This document shows, in pieces, positions 24,109 to 35,430 of a DNA stretch of 64,000 nt. The translations under genes were made by a program, and so were the position numbers. The notes beneath the pieces are model-generated. The model was not told the origin of the DNA and searched no databases. It saw only the letters and a program-made list of their open reading frames with translations. Location of the stretch: NCBI GenBank assembly GCA_965287045.1, contig OZ336874.1, positions 71,858,001-71,922,000 of the forward strand. The letters run 5' to 3'. Source of the DNA: Carcharhinus amblyrhynchos. Lineage: Eukaryota. Position 1 is the first letter of the stretch; the number at the start of each line of letters is the position of its first letter.

Positions 24109-26144
24109 AGTCATTGGATGTTGATTTTGTGTGAACCTTGGCTGACTGCCCCCCACCCCCTGCACAACTCACACCAAGTCCCTTCTTCGCCACAGCCAAC
24201 AGACCGATGTCAACTGTAACATACCAATACTAGGTCAGAAAATTGAACACATATCAGTTCTGAATATGGGGCAGTCTTATTCTTTAAGGCTCAGTAGTAC
24301 ACCAACAGTGAATATATCCTTAAAACCATCTGAGAAATTCCTTTATTCTTATCTATGAAAAACTAATTATACCCCCACTGGGGTATTGCTGCAGTAGTGT
24401 TAAGTACCAGCCACTTAAATGTAGAGTAGGTTACAGTTGGGGTTCCTGGGCAACAACAGCCCAGATTAATTTGGTGGTACTCGGAGAAACACTCCTGCTT
24501 CTTTAGCTTTCACAAAAATAATTTAAAATGTAAGTTTGCGGTTGTCCCTCCCACTCTGTTGCCTGTAGAATTGATCAATGTGCATGGGTCATGCTACAGT
24601 TTCAACCTAAAATGGAAGTCATTGTGCTCAGATCCAGCATTGTCATCTGAAATAATCAAGTGTTTTGACAGCTCAGCCACATTAACACCAGCAAAACAAA
24701 TTGAAATTGACCCCATTGAGTTTTAAATAAAGAAAGAACTTTCAGGGAACTGAAAAATAAAAGTTACCATTTGACAGTTTGATAAAGTCCAGATTGAAAT
24801 CATATAGGATTTATTGTGATTCTTTCAGGATATGTTTCTGTAGGCAAATAAACATGCAAGTTGATCTAAATTATTTTAGTTCTTTTAGAAGTTTAAATTT
24901 ATCTTATTTAACTCAACCAGCTTCAGCTCACTACCAATTTGCAATACTATGATAAGCAGTTGGATTCCTTTGCTCAGGCACTGGATCCTAGATTTTCTGA
25001 TTACAACCATGGTGCTAATCTGTTTAGGATAGATTGGTTAACACTAAGCTGAAAATCTAGTCTTCAGTGTCAATATCTAATACTACAGACAAGTATCCTT
25101 TTATAATTAACACCATTCTGGTTTATTTTGAAGAGACTAATTCTCTCTGCCTGACCTCTGAATATGTGTCAGATTCAAACTGATTACATATAGGTAAATT
25201 CATCCAGGCAATTAGTGTGCCCTCTGAAGTGTGGCAACTATAGAGTTAAAAGGTTGTTATGGTTGCTCAGAGCTGGAACTGCTGCTCCATCATAAATCCA
25301 TCAATTACTGAATGACACAAAGTTAATGAAGGGGAGAATAGAACCTGCAATTAATTCAATCTGCACCCTATCTGTGTTTTCTGAGGTGATGTTTTGGGCA
25401 TCGGATTTGGGCATTAAGTGCTGACCTGAATTTTGATTTGTGATCAGTCCGAATTGGCCTTGCTCAAAAAGATTCAAACATTAGAGGATTTGGATTAAGA
25501 TAAATGTGCCTCTTAATCCATTGATTGCAGTCCCTCATGCATGCACACTTCCTTATTTATTGCTCACATAAATGGCACCTACTACATTGACTGTATACTG
25601 CCCGTGTACTTTCATATTTCTGAGATTTCTAATGCTGGCAGCTGGCAAGTCTCTCTTTTGAGGAAATTTGTCTTGCAAATGAGCACTTAATTTCAGTGGT
25701 TGTGCAGTGTCTGGGGGAGAAGTCTTCATCCACTCGTTTATTCTTTGTAGTTTAGAAGCTGATGCTGCTTTCCAGTGATTTTCTCTAGGAAGGTTCTTCT
25801 CTCTAGCCATTTATTCACTGGCTGTGTTTTCATTGGGTGGGTGTCAGAGCTTGAACAGCAGCTAATCGCAATTTATGAGGAAAGGAGCCTGATTATGACC
25901 TGAATTTTAAATGAATCTGACTTTCATTCCTAGCAACCACTTGGGATCTGAAGACATCCCGAGAGCTAGCTCAAAAAATCGTCCTGTAATTGCCTGGGCT
26001 GAACACAAGATTTTATGAGTTGGAAAACGTGTAGAGATTGTCCAAATGTCAGCAATTTAAGGAAATATGAAATGTGAAGTGGCTGCTTGAATCTGTTTTA
26101 CTTTATACTCACTCAACTTGATCACGTCTGCTAGGAATTCTCAG

Positions 26145-26245
26145 CTGGTCAGACAGCCTCTATAGAAGAACATGCTGCCTGACCTGCTGAGTATTTCCAG
26201 CATTTTACGTTTTCATTTTAGATTTCCAGCATCCACAATTCAGCT
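26145..26245 (+). mobile_element. Penelope-like family B tail with short inverted arm
   Basis: ATGCTGCCTGACCTGCTGAGTATTTCCAGCATTTT..AGATTTCCAGCATCCACA, preceded by inverted TGCTAGGAATTCTCAGCTGGTCAGACAGC. Confidence 0.65.
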
Positions 26246-28227
26246 TATTGATAAGGTCCGCATTGGTTGTCAAAATATTATTCACGTCTTGTGTAAAATT
26301 TCACTTCCTACTGATGCAGCCATCTGAATGTGTATACGGGCAAAAATGCCCTTTTGTGTGCAAGCTGCGGTGAAATTATAATGTGTTCTTTGTAGATGCT
26401 TTTGATTTTGCTACAGTTATTGAGCAGGGGGAAACTCCTTATGTGTAGCTGATAAAATGCTTGCATACTTGCTTTATGTTTATGTACCAGAAACACTTTG
26501 CACAAAACAGTTGCTGCAGTATTCTGTCATGAGGATGTTAACTCCTTGCTGGTATACTGTAATTGACCTCTGATACCTTGCTGAAGTGTCCATTATTTGT
26601 GTGTAAACACTGATTTTTTTTTTAAAAATTGTTTCTTTATATATTCATTGGATATGGTTATCACTGCCAAGGTCAGTATTATTCCCCATTCCTAATTTTA
26701 CTTGAGTGGCTGATGGTGAGCTGCCTTCTTGATTCACTGCAATCCATGTGGGGAAGGTACTCTTTTGGTGCTCTTTATAGAGCGATTCCAGGATTTTGAC
26801 CCAGTGACAATGGAGGAACAGCTTGGTGGCTTATTTCTAAGTCATGATGGTGCATGACATGGAAGGGAGATTGCAGATGCTCATGTTCTTCGTGTGCCTG
26901 CTGTCCCTATCTTAGATGGTAGCAGTTCCAAGTTTGAGAAGTGCTGTTGAAGAAGCTTTAGCAAGTTGCTGCATTGCATTTGTAGATGGCTCACATTGCA
27001 GCCACAGTGTTAAGTGGTGTTTGTTCAAATAATGGATGGAGTGCCAATCAAATGGGCTGCATTGACCTGGATGGTTTTGATCTTGAGTGTTTTTGGAGAT
27101 GCAATCATCAAAATAAATGGAGAATATTCCTTTTCAACCCCTGAATTGTGCCTTGTAGATGGTAGAAACACTTTGGAGAATCAGGAAGTGAGTTACTTGC
27201 CACAGAATTCCCAGCCTCTGACCTGCTCTTGTAGCCACAAAAGTTTTATGACTGTAAGTTTCTGGTCATGTTGATCCCCAGGATATTGATGGTGGGGAAT
27301 TCAGTGATGGAAATACCATTGAATGTCAAGTGGAACTAATTAGACTCTATTTTTGGATTTGGTCAATGACTGGCACATGTGCCACACAAATGTTACTTGC
27401 TATTTATCAGCCTAAGCCTGAACGTTGTTGAGATCCTGTTGTAAGAAAGGAGTACTTAATTATCTGAGGAATTTGCTACATTCAGTGCGCTCAGCTGTTC
27501 CTTGATGTCACATGGGGTAAAGATTCAAATTGGCTTCCGCAATTGTGGGGACTCTTGGAGTAAGCCAAGATGGATCATTCACTTAACTCATTTGGCTGCA
27601 GGTGTTTGCAGCTGCTTCAGCTTTGCATTTTGTACTTGTGTGCTGAGTTCCATCATCACTAACATGGTGATATTCATGAAGTGCCTTCTTCTTTTAGTTG
27701 TTTAATAGCCCATCACCATTCATTATTGAATGTGGCAGGACTGCAGAGTTTTGATCTGATCCATTGATAAAGAAATTGATTATCTCTATTTATAGCATAC
27801 TGATTCTACTGTTTAACATACACATTGTCCTGTGCTGTAGCTTAACCAGGTTGGCACCTCATTTTTCGATATGTATAGTGCTGCACTTGGCATGTTATCC
27901 TAACTCAACGAATCAGAGTTGATCCATTAGTTTAATGGTACTGGTAGATTGAGGGATATGCTAGGCCAAAAGGTTGAAGAATGTGGTGATGTACAGTCTT
28001 GCCACTGCCAGTGGCATATTATCCTTTACGATTAGCGAGGTTTCAGTTGCTGGGTCTATTCTGAATCTGTCCCAATTAACTTAATAGTGGTATCACACAA
28101 TATGATGGATGATATCATTAGTGTATAGACAAAGCTTTGTCTCCAATAGAACTGTGCAGTGGCTACTTCTACCCATCCATCTGTGACAGGTAAACTGGTG
28201 AGGACAGGGTAAGGTAGGGTTTTATAT

Positions 28228-29390
28228 AAACATAAGAAATAAGTGCAGAAGTAGGCCACTCAGCTACTCAAACCTGCTCTACCATTCAAAAAGGCCTGGC
28301 TGATTTAGCTCCGTTCCACCTTCTCTTATTCCCCATTGTACCCAAAAATCTGTCAACAATTGTCTTTAATGTATTCAATCTCTGATTATCCACAGCTCTC
28401 TATGATAGAGAATTCTAAAGGTTTGCAGCACTTTGAGTGAAGACGTTTTTCCTCATCCCAGTGCTAAATGGCCAACTTCTTATTCTGTGACTGTGATCTC
28501 TTGTCCTGGATTCCCTAGATAGGGGAAACATTTCTTAGCATCTACCCTGGTCCCTTAAGAATTTTATATGTTTAGATGACCTCTCATTTAAGGGAATTTG
28601 GTCTGGTCTACACAAGCTTCTCCTCATAGGAAAATTCCCTCATTCCAGGAACCTTCTAATGAATCTTCATTGCACTCTTTTAAGGCCATGTATAATTTCC
28701 TTAAGTAAGGAAATCAAAACTGCACACAGCACTCCAGATATGGACTCACCAGTGTCCTGTATAATTCCTTACTCTTATACTCTAATACTTTTGTAACAAA
28801 ATATAATATATAAGTTGTCTACTTAATTGCTTGCTTCATCTGAAAGTTAACTTTGTCTGATTTATGAACAAGGATACCCAGATCTCTCTTAATGCAGATA
28901 TTTCCCTGTCTCTCACCATTCAAAAAATATTCTGTCTTTGTTTTTCCTACCAAAATGGATAACTTTATACTTCTCTATGCAGTGCCTTGTTCTTACCTAC
29001 TCACCCAACCTATCTACATCTCTCTGCAGCCACCTTATGTCCTCCTCACTGCTTACTTCCCATCCTCACATTGCATTATCAGCAAACTAGGACACATTAC
29101 AACCAACCTACATTGACAGTATAGATTGTCAATAGCTGAGGCCCAAGTACTGATCCTTGCAGTAAACCACTAGTTATAACTTGTCAATCTGCAAATGTCT
29201 TGCTTATTTCAACACTCTGCATTCTGTCCATTATCAATTCTCTGATATATTGATGCTAATATATTATCTCCAATCCCATAGTATTGTAAAATAGTCTTTT
29301 GTGTAGTACTTTATATAGTGTTTTTTGCAAATTCAAATGTACCAGGTAGACTCCCCTTTATTCATCCCAGTGGATCTTTAAAAAATGCAA
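28228..29390 (-). mobile_element. CR1 3' portion nested in the Zenon-like LINE
   Basis: Begins AAACATAAGAAATAAGTGCAGAAGTAGGCCACTCAGC (reverse complement of the CR1 tail). Contains the reverse complement of GFTARISTWASA-like (degenerate PQGSVLGPQLLTIY) sequence at ~29120-29165. Confidence 0.85.
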
Positions 29391-29431
29391 ATCTTTTAGT
29401 TTGGGTTTTTTCTCTGACCGTGTGTCACAAA

Positions 29432-29668
29432 GTAAGAAGTCTCACAACACCAGGTTGAAGTCCAATAAGTTTATTGGATAGTAAACCCACAAGCTTTCGG
29501 AACACTGTTCCTTTGTCAGGTGAGTGGAAAGTTCTGATCAGCGCGTTCCGAAAGCTTGTGGGTTCACTATCAAATAAACTTGTTGGATTTTAACCTGGTG
29601 TTGTGAGACTTCTTACTGTGTTTACCCCCGTCCAACACCGGCATCGCCACATCATAACTACCATTGAC
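29432..29668. mobile_element. Penelope-like family A insertion: inverted pLTR plus 5'-truncated direct copy with 3' extension
   Basis: Arms 29431-29503 and 29545-29617 are inverted copies. Flanked by a 15-bp TSD ACCGTGTGTCACAAA (29417-31) / ACCGCATGTCACAAA (29669-83). Hammerhead on the minus strand at 29488-29522. Confidence 0.88.
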
Positions 29669-31269
29669 ACCGCATGTCACAAACCCAGTCTGACAGATAT
29701 GTCCTTCAGAACTTGGCCAACCTAGTCAGAAATGGTTATTCTGAATCAATCTTGGTGAAACCCCCTCCTTACCACCCTTGCCCCCCGCCCCCACTGACCT
29801 CCACCTATTTCTTGCTGTCCTCAGTGCTTCTTTCAAGTGGTCTTCAATATGGAGAGGCACTAACTCATCAGCTGAGCGAGGTGGTAATCAGCAGATGTTT
29901 TTCTTGTCAGCGTATAACCTGATGCCAGTTGACTTCATAGTGACCAAAGTTAATGTTGAAGACACCCAGGGTCATTTCTGTACTGTATATCAGTGTGCTG
30001 TCACTGCTGGTGGGGCTGCACAGCCAATATAACAGGACACGCCAGGCATGGTGATGGAGACATTGGCTGTGAAATATGATTTTCGTGTACGACTATGTCA
30101 GGTTGTCACTTGGGACAGCTCTCCCAATTTTGGTACAAATCCCTAGATATTAGTGATGAGGACTTTGTCGGGTTGATTGAATGGGTGTACCTTTGCAATG
30201 TCTGAATTCAATGCCTTAACCAATGTCAGGTGATTTGTCTGGTTTTACTGTCCTCTGTTGTCTGTACTTTGTTGTAGACATTTGGCAGAACTGAGTAGCT
30301 TGCCTTTTTGAGAGGGTAGTTAAGAGTTAACCCCATTGCTATACACGTGAAATCACACATCAGGGCAGCTTGAGTAAGAATGTTAGATTTGCTTTCCGAA
30401 ATGACACTCACGAGCCAGACAGTTTTTTTTGTGGCAATCCAACAGTTACATGTCATCTTTACTGATATTAGCAATTTATTCTCAATATTATTCAATAAAT
30501 TGAATTTGAATTTTCTCGATAACAGGATGGGATTTGAACTGGATTACTAGTCCAGTAACTTGATGACCACTTTTCTGTTCCTATTGAATGGTGCTTGTCA
30601 GCAAGCTGATTAACTACAGTAGCAGGACAGTCAAGCTTGGTCCATCCATTTGTGGTTCAAGTGAACTTTTAATAGATGTTGCTGGATAGTTAACTAGAGT
30701 GGAAATGTTAGCTGACTGCTTCATCTATGGTCATCCAGACGCAAACTATTGATCACTTGACTGACTGAAAGTTGAAACACTTTAAAGTGAAGCTGGGGGC
30801 TCACATGACCTATATAGCTTGGTTACTCGCTGGTTCAATTGGTCACTGTGGGTTAAAGTGACCATTTTACACTGACCAGAATAATATGGGATATTCTGGT
30901 CTGTGGCCTGATGTCACATGGCTACATAGGCCCTCTCTATGGCTCTATTCTGTGGTATCTTTTGCATCCTAATTGGATACTACAGTTATGTAAACCAATA
31001 TTGAGCAAAGTGTAAACTTGTACTTTGATTGCTTGAGAAATTATTTATCAGACAGTGTCTTTGCATGAAAGCATGATGTGATTATGTTTGAGGAAAAGTT
31101 AAAGTCTGTTTATAGGAAGCCACATGTGCATGGGACAGGAAGTAACTGCAGGCTAATAAAATATTGCCTTGGTGTGTGTCTTTTTATGAAGTATTTGCCT
31201 TGTGTTAAGACACTTTCAAGGGGCTAAATGTTTTTGTTTGGGACCATGATGTCATGCATTTTGGGGTCT

Positions 31270-32300
31270 TGACCCCTTGTTACATTGGTGCTTGATGCCA
31301 AATTTGGTTTTTGATAAGCAGGCCAATTAGTGACCATGGTGCATGCCCACAGCCTAATTATGGAAGCTGGCAGGCATCTGAGGGAGGGGGGCAATAGGAA
31401 CCGCCCCACCAAACCCCCCTACCCCCAGCACTAACGGATCGGAAACCTCATTGTCAAAGATGGTGCTGCCAAAATAGGGAGGAGAGTGAGAGAGTATGCC
31501 AAAATGGAGGCATCCTGTGAAAAGCTTTTTTTAAAAAGTTTGTACAGCAAATCCCATGTTTGGCAGAGCAACCCTCAACTGGATGGCAATAGCCACAGCT
31601 GCATCTCGATGGCAGGTGCCAGTTGTCAGAAGGCCACCTCCATCTCTGGACCACTTTTCACCCTCACTTGCAGACTGGAAAATTCCAGTCAGAGTTTGGG
31701 CAAGTGGCCTTAAAAAACCCTTTAGTTGTCCTAAAGGGAGTCCTGCTTCAAGTAGCAAGTAGTCATCTGGTGGGTAGTCATCAACCGCCATCACCCCACC
31801 CATCTTTCCAGAACTAAATAGTTCAGAGGCGGGATCATAGGGGGAGACCAGTGGCAGGAAATTATGGGTCCTCTGCTTTTGAAAATTCAGGGCTGGATTG
31901 TACCACCCCCAATCAAGCAGATTTTCAGCTAAATCCCCCCTCCTCCCATTCTCGCTACACTCTCGTCCTTGGCTGCCGGAGCTCTACCCACCCATAAAGG
32001 TCTGAATTTCCTGATTCAAGAGTCCATCTCCTTAATGAAGATGCTTAAAGTCCCCGTGGTGTCAACTATTGAGGTCTGGTGCTGCTGTGACTGTGAGAGC
32101 TACCAACCTGACTGATTAGCTGGCAGCTCTTGAGGGGCACAAGTCCTGTTTAGCCCACTGGCAGCACCTTATACGACTATGGGATGGGCTTTTTGGGGTG
32201 TTGGCTGCCAATTGACTATTGTAATGGGGGCCAATCAGTACAGGCACCCTTCCCTGGACCCCCACCCTCCCCCACTTTTTCAGGAGGCTGTCCAGTCTTG
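31270..32300. mobile_element. GC-rich decayed repeats, probably non-autonomous DNA transposons
   Basis: GC-rich block with GGGCTGGATT-type terminus at ~31890 and no ORF with protein-like character. Family unresolved. Confidence 0.35.
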
Positions 32301-32310
32301 TATTCCTGAA

Positions 32311-32500
32311 GATAAAAGCAAAATACTGTGAATGCTGGAATCTGAAACAAAAACAGAAAATTCTGGAAAATCTCAGCAGGTCTAACAGCATTTGTGAGGA
32401 GAGCTGACCAAGGGTCATCTTGACTCAAAAAGTTAGCTCTATTCTCTTTCATAGATGATGTCAGACCTGCTTAGATTTTCCAACATTTTCTGTTTTTGTT
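32311..32500. mobile_element. Penelope-like family B, inverted pair around a degenerate hammerhead
   Basis: Arms ~32346-32396 and ~32449-32500 are inverted. The centre reads GAG-CTGACCA-A-GGGTC-ATCTT-GACTC-AAAA-AGTT-AGCTC. Confidence 0.8.
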
Positions 32501-33124
32501 CCTGCATTCACCAGCACTCACTATTAGCAATTGGCATGATCTAGGTTGTAATCACAAGTTTGGATTTGCCAGCCTAGGTACAGGAACTGCGCAAGTCTTG
32601 AATGATCCAATTCAAAGCAACTTTACATAGTGCCATAGGTATTGTAAAAGAACCCAGGGCACTTCACAAGAGAGTTACCAAACATACTTTGACAAGGATC
32701 CACTTAAGGGAATGTTAGGTCGAGTGACTAAAATCTCAATCAAAGCGATGGATTTTATTTTAAGGAACATTTTGAAGGAGAGGAGAGAGTTAGAGAGGTT
32801 TTGGCAGGGAATTTCATAATTTAGGGCCTGTTCAGCTGGGTGAGACCTGAAATAGGAGAGAGCAAGAGTGTGGGCTGTGTGTGTGGTTGCAGGTTTGAGG
32901 ATGTGAAGGGAATTGAATATGAAATGGACACACATTGCTACACTGAACCATACCCACCCTGGCAGTTTCGACTAGCAGTCAAATGGGCAAATCACCCCAA
33001 ATGAGATTCCACCTCCCCTCCCATTTCACTTCCTGAAGATCAGTGAGTGCAATTCCACAGCACAACAGGGTCAGCAGTTTCTGGCATGGAAGAGGAAACA
33101 CTGAATGAGAACCTCAAACTCCTG

Positions 33125-33295
33125 AGTGCCTTTATATGCTCTGTGTGTGACCAGAACTCTCCACTCACCTGACAAAGGGGCAAACCCCAAAAGCTAGTGG
33201 GTCTCCTATCAAATAAACCTGTTGGACTTTAACCTGGTGTTGTGAGACTTCTTACTGTGTTTACCCCAGTCCAACACCGGCGTCTCCACATCATG
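33125..33295 (+). mobile_element. Penelope-like family A pLTR with degenerate hammerhead (33166-33199)
   Basis: CAC-CTGACAA-A-GGGG-CAAA-CCCC-AAAA-GC-TA-GTG, then AAATAAACCTGTTGGACTTTAACCTGGTGTTGTGAGACTTCTTACT and the 3' extension. Confidence 0.85.
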
Positions 33296-33305
33296 TCTCC
33301 AAAGA

Positions 33306-33772
33306 CAGTAAGAAGTCTCACAACACCAGGTTAAAGTCCAACAAGTTTATTTGGAGCAAGTGCCACTAGTTTCAGAATTGGCTGTGCCTTCGTCCGGTGA
33401 GTGGGGAGTTCTGTTCACAAACAGGGCATATAAAGACACAAACTCAATTTACATGAATAATGGTTGGAATGCGAGTCTTTACAGCTAATCAAGTCTTAAA
33501 GGTACAGACAATGTGAGTGAAGAGAGGGTTAAGCACAGGTTAAAGAGATGTGTATTGTTTCCAGACAGGACAGTTAGTGAGATTTTGCAAGTCCAGGCAA
33601 GTTGTGGGGGTTACAGATAGTGTGACATGAACCCAAGATCCCGGTTGAGGCCGTCCTCATGTGTGCGGAACTTGGCTATCAGTCTCTGCTCAGCAACTGT
33701 GCGCTGTCGTGTGTCGTGAAGGCTGCGTTAGAGAACGCTTACCCGAAGATCAGAGGCTGAATGCCCGTGACT
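33306..33772 (-). mobile_element. Penelope-like element 3' end including C-terminus of the GIY-YIG endonuclease ORF
   Basis: Minus strand 33769-33611 reads HGHSASDLRVSVL*RSLHDTRQRTVAEQRLIAKFRTHEDGLNRDLGFMSHYL* (H..E..I..F.T...GLN signature), followed by a 3' UTR, a degenerate hammerhead (33364-33399) and the family A terminus. Confidence 0.88.
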
Positions 33773-35135
33773 AGGCTGACAGCATTCACATTCTATGTTA
33801 TAAGAGTGGGGAGGGGAGGGGAAACATTCATGGAGATGTGGAAAAGACCTGCAAAGGGAATATCCCACAAGTGGTGCTGGGTCCAGTTTGGGCTGTTGAT
33901 TGCTCTGCCCCAATGTGTATTTCAACTCTGTGAACTGTTCCTGTGTGGGGGTGGGGGGACGGGGGGGGGTTTGTGGGGAGCGGTTATTGAGCGCTCAGAG
34001 CGGGGCTGCAAATTGTACTGGGTCTAAGTCTTTCACTCAGGACAACAAGAAGGTCTTATCCCACCTTATGGGGCGGGATGAAGTCCAGTCGTTGTTTTCT
34101 CAAGTCGCCTTGTGTGCTGGAGAGAATTTATTTGAGGAGGAAATGTTTCTGAAGGCTCCCTTTTCATATGGTAATTTCTGATCATTTACAAACCAGCAGC
34201 ATCTTCTAATGTGCTTTGTGTGATCCGAGTTGTCACTCTGGGAGGGCAGTGCTGGAGGCAGTGTGACAGGTTTGCAATGGGAGGGTCTCCCTGGGAGGAC
34301 AGCACTTGCTGGGGATGGGGAAACGTGCTGGCTTTTTGTAGCACTGGGCGCTGCCGCTTCCTTTGTTCGCGGCTTTGCTGAGAGCCTCTCTCGGAACGTG
34401 AATAGCACCAAAGTCTGAAAGCTGCCAGGACTGAAAGCAGCAGTGGAAGGTCGCAGTTTGGCACCAAGAACAAAAAGAAAAGCTGCTGTGACTGGTTCAC
34501 TCATTAATTATTGAGAATGGAGGGGATTCAGTAATAACCCCGGCCTTGGCTTGTTTTCAGAAATAAGAACGATGGCACATCACCATAATCCCTTTTTACC
34601 CAATTTTTTTTACAACGATACCAAAATGAAATGAATTTTGTGCTTCTCTTGATTCTTGATTCTCTGCATTCATCAGATAATCCAAACAATTCAGCCCGCC
34701 TCAGGCCCCTCACCCTTCCACTGCAGAATCCACTGCACATTGCAGAATCGCCTGATTAAAAATCACAGTGACTGAGAGGGTGTCAACAGTGAAACCGACT
34801 GGGTGACCTTGGCTGGGTCCTTTTTTTGTACCAACACTATTCATATCGATTTGAATCGACTTGATCCGGCAAAGCTGCAAGGCGGAGGAGAATTGAAGAA
34901 AAACGCAGTCGTACTGTCCCTTTATTTAAAGGGAAATCATTAGAATGCCTTATGGTCCCTTCTGAGTGCATTTCACCAGCCACTGCTCTTCCTAGGGTGC
35001 TTCCCAATTAACTGTTAAAAGATTTTCAGTTCCAAAAAAAGCACTGCTTCGGAGACCTGTTGGAATTTAACTGATTTGAAATTGACAATTGGCAGCGGGA
35101 GGGGGAGAAGGAGAGACCTGTAATCAATCCTATCA

Positions 35136-35430
35136 AAAGTTTATTTATTATTTATTAGTCACAAGTAGGCTTACATTAACACTACTGTGAAGTTACTGTG
35201 AAAATCCCCTAGTTGCCATCTGGCACCTGTTTGGGTATACTGACGGAGAATTTAGTATGGCCAACACATCTAACCAGCATGTCTTTTGGACTCTGGGAGG
35301 AAACCGGAGCAAACCCATGCAGACACAGGGAAAACTTGCAAACTCCACACAGACAGTGACCCAAGCTGGGAATCAAACCCGGACCCCTGGTGCTGTAAGG
35401 CCGCAGTGCCAACCACTGTGCCACCCCAGT
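35136..35430 (-). mobile_element. V-SINE with HE1-type head and core but a different 3' tail
   Basis: 35255-35425 matches the HE1 head and V-domain. 35136-35250 is unrelated to the CR1-like tail of the other copies. Confidence 0.85.

Larger units (their letters stand above)
26640..30570 (-). mobile_element. Decayed, apparently end-to-end CR1/Zenon-like LINE: tRNA-like head (30570-30288), APE domain (from ~30166), RT C-terminus (~27250-26950) and tail (26720-26640), with nested CR1 and Penelope-like insertions
   Basis: Minus strand gives KVLITNI*GFVPKLGELS..QPDIVV (APE N-terminus) and RAGQRLGILWQVTHFLILQSVSTIYKAQFR..EYSP (post-RT). The tail matches 12525-12610, and the sequence resumes on both sides of the nested elements. 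Confidence 0.72.

Noticed and set aside
29534-29560. Functional + strand hammerhead (CTGATCA..GAAA)
   Set aside because: CTGATCA is an inversion-junction artefact lacking G8, and the 5' strands of stems I and II are missing.
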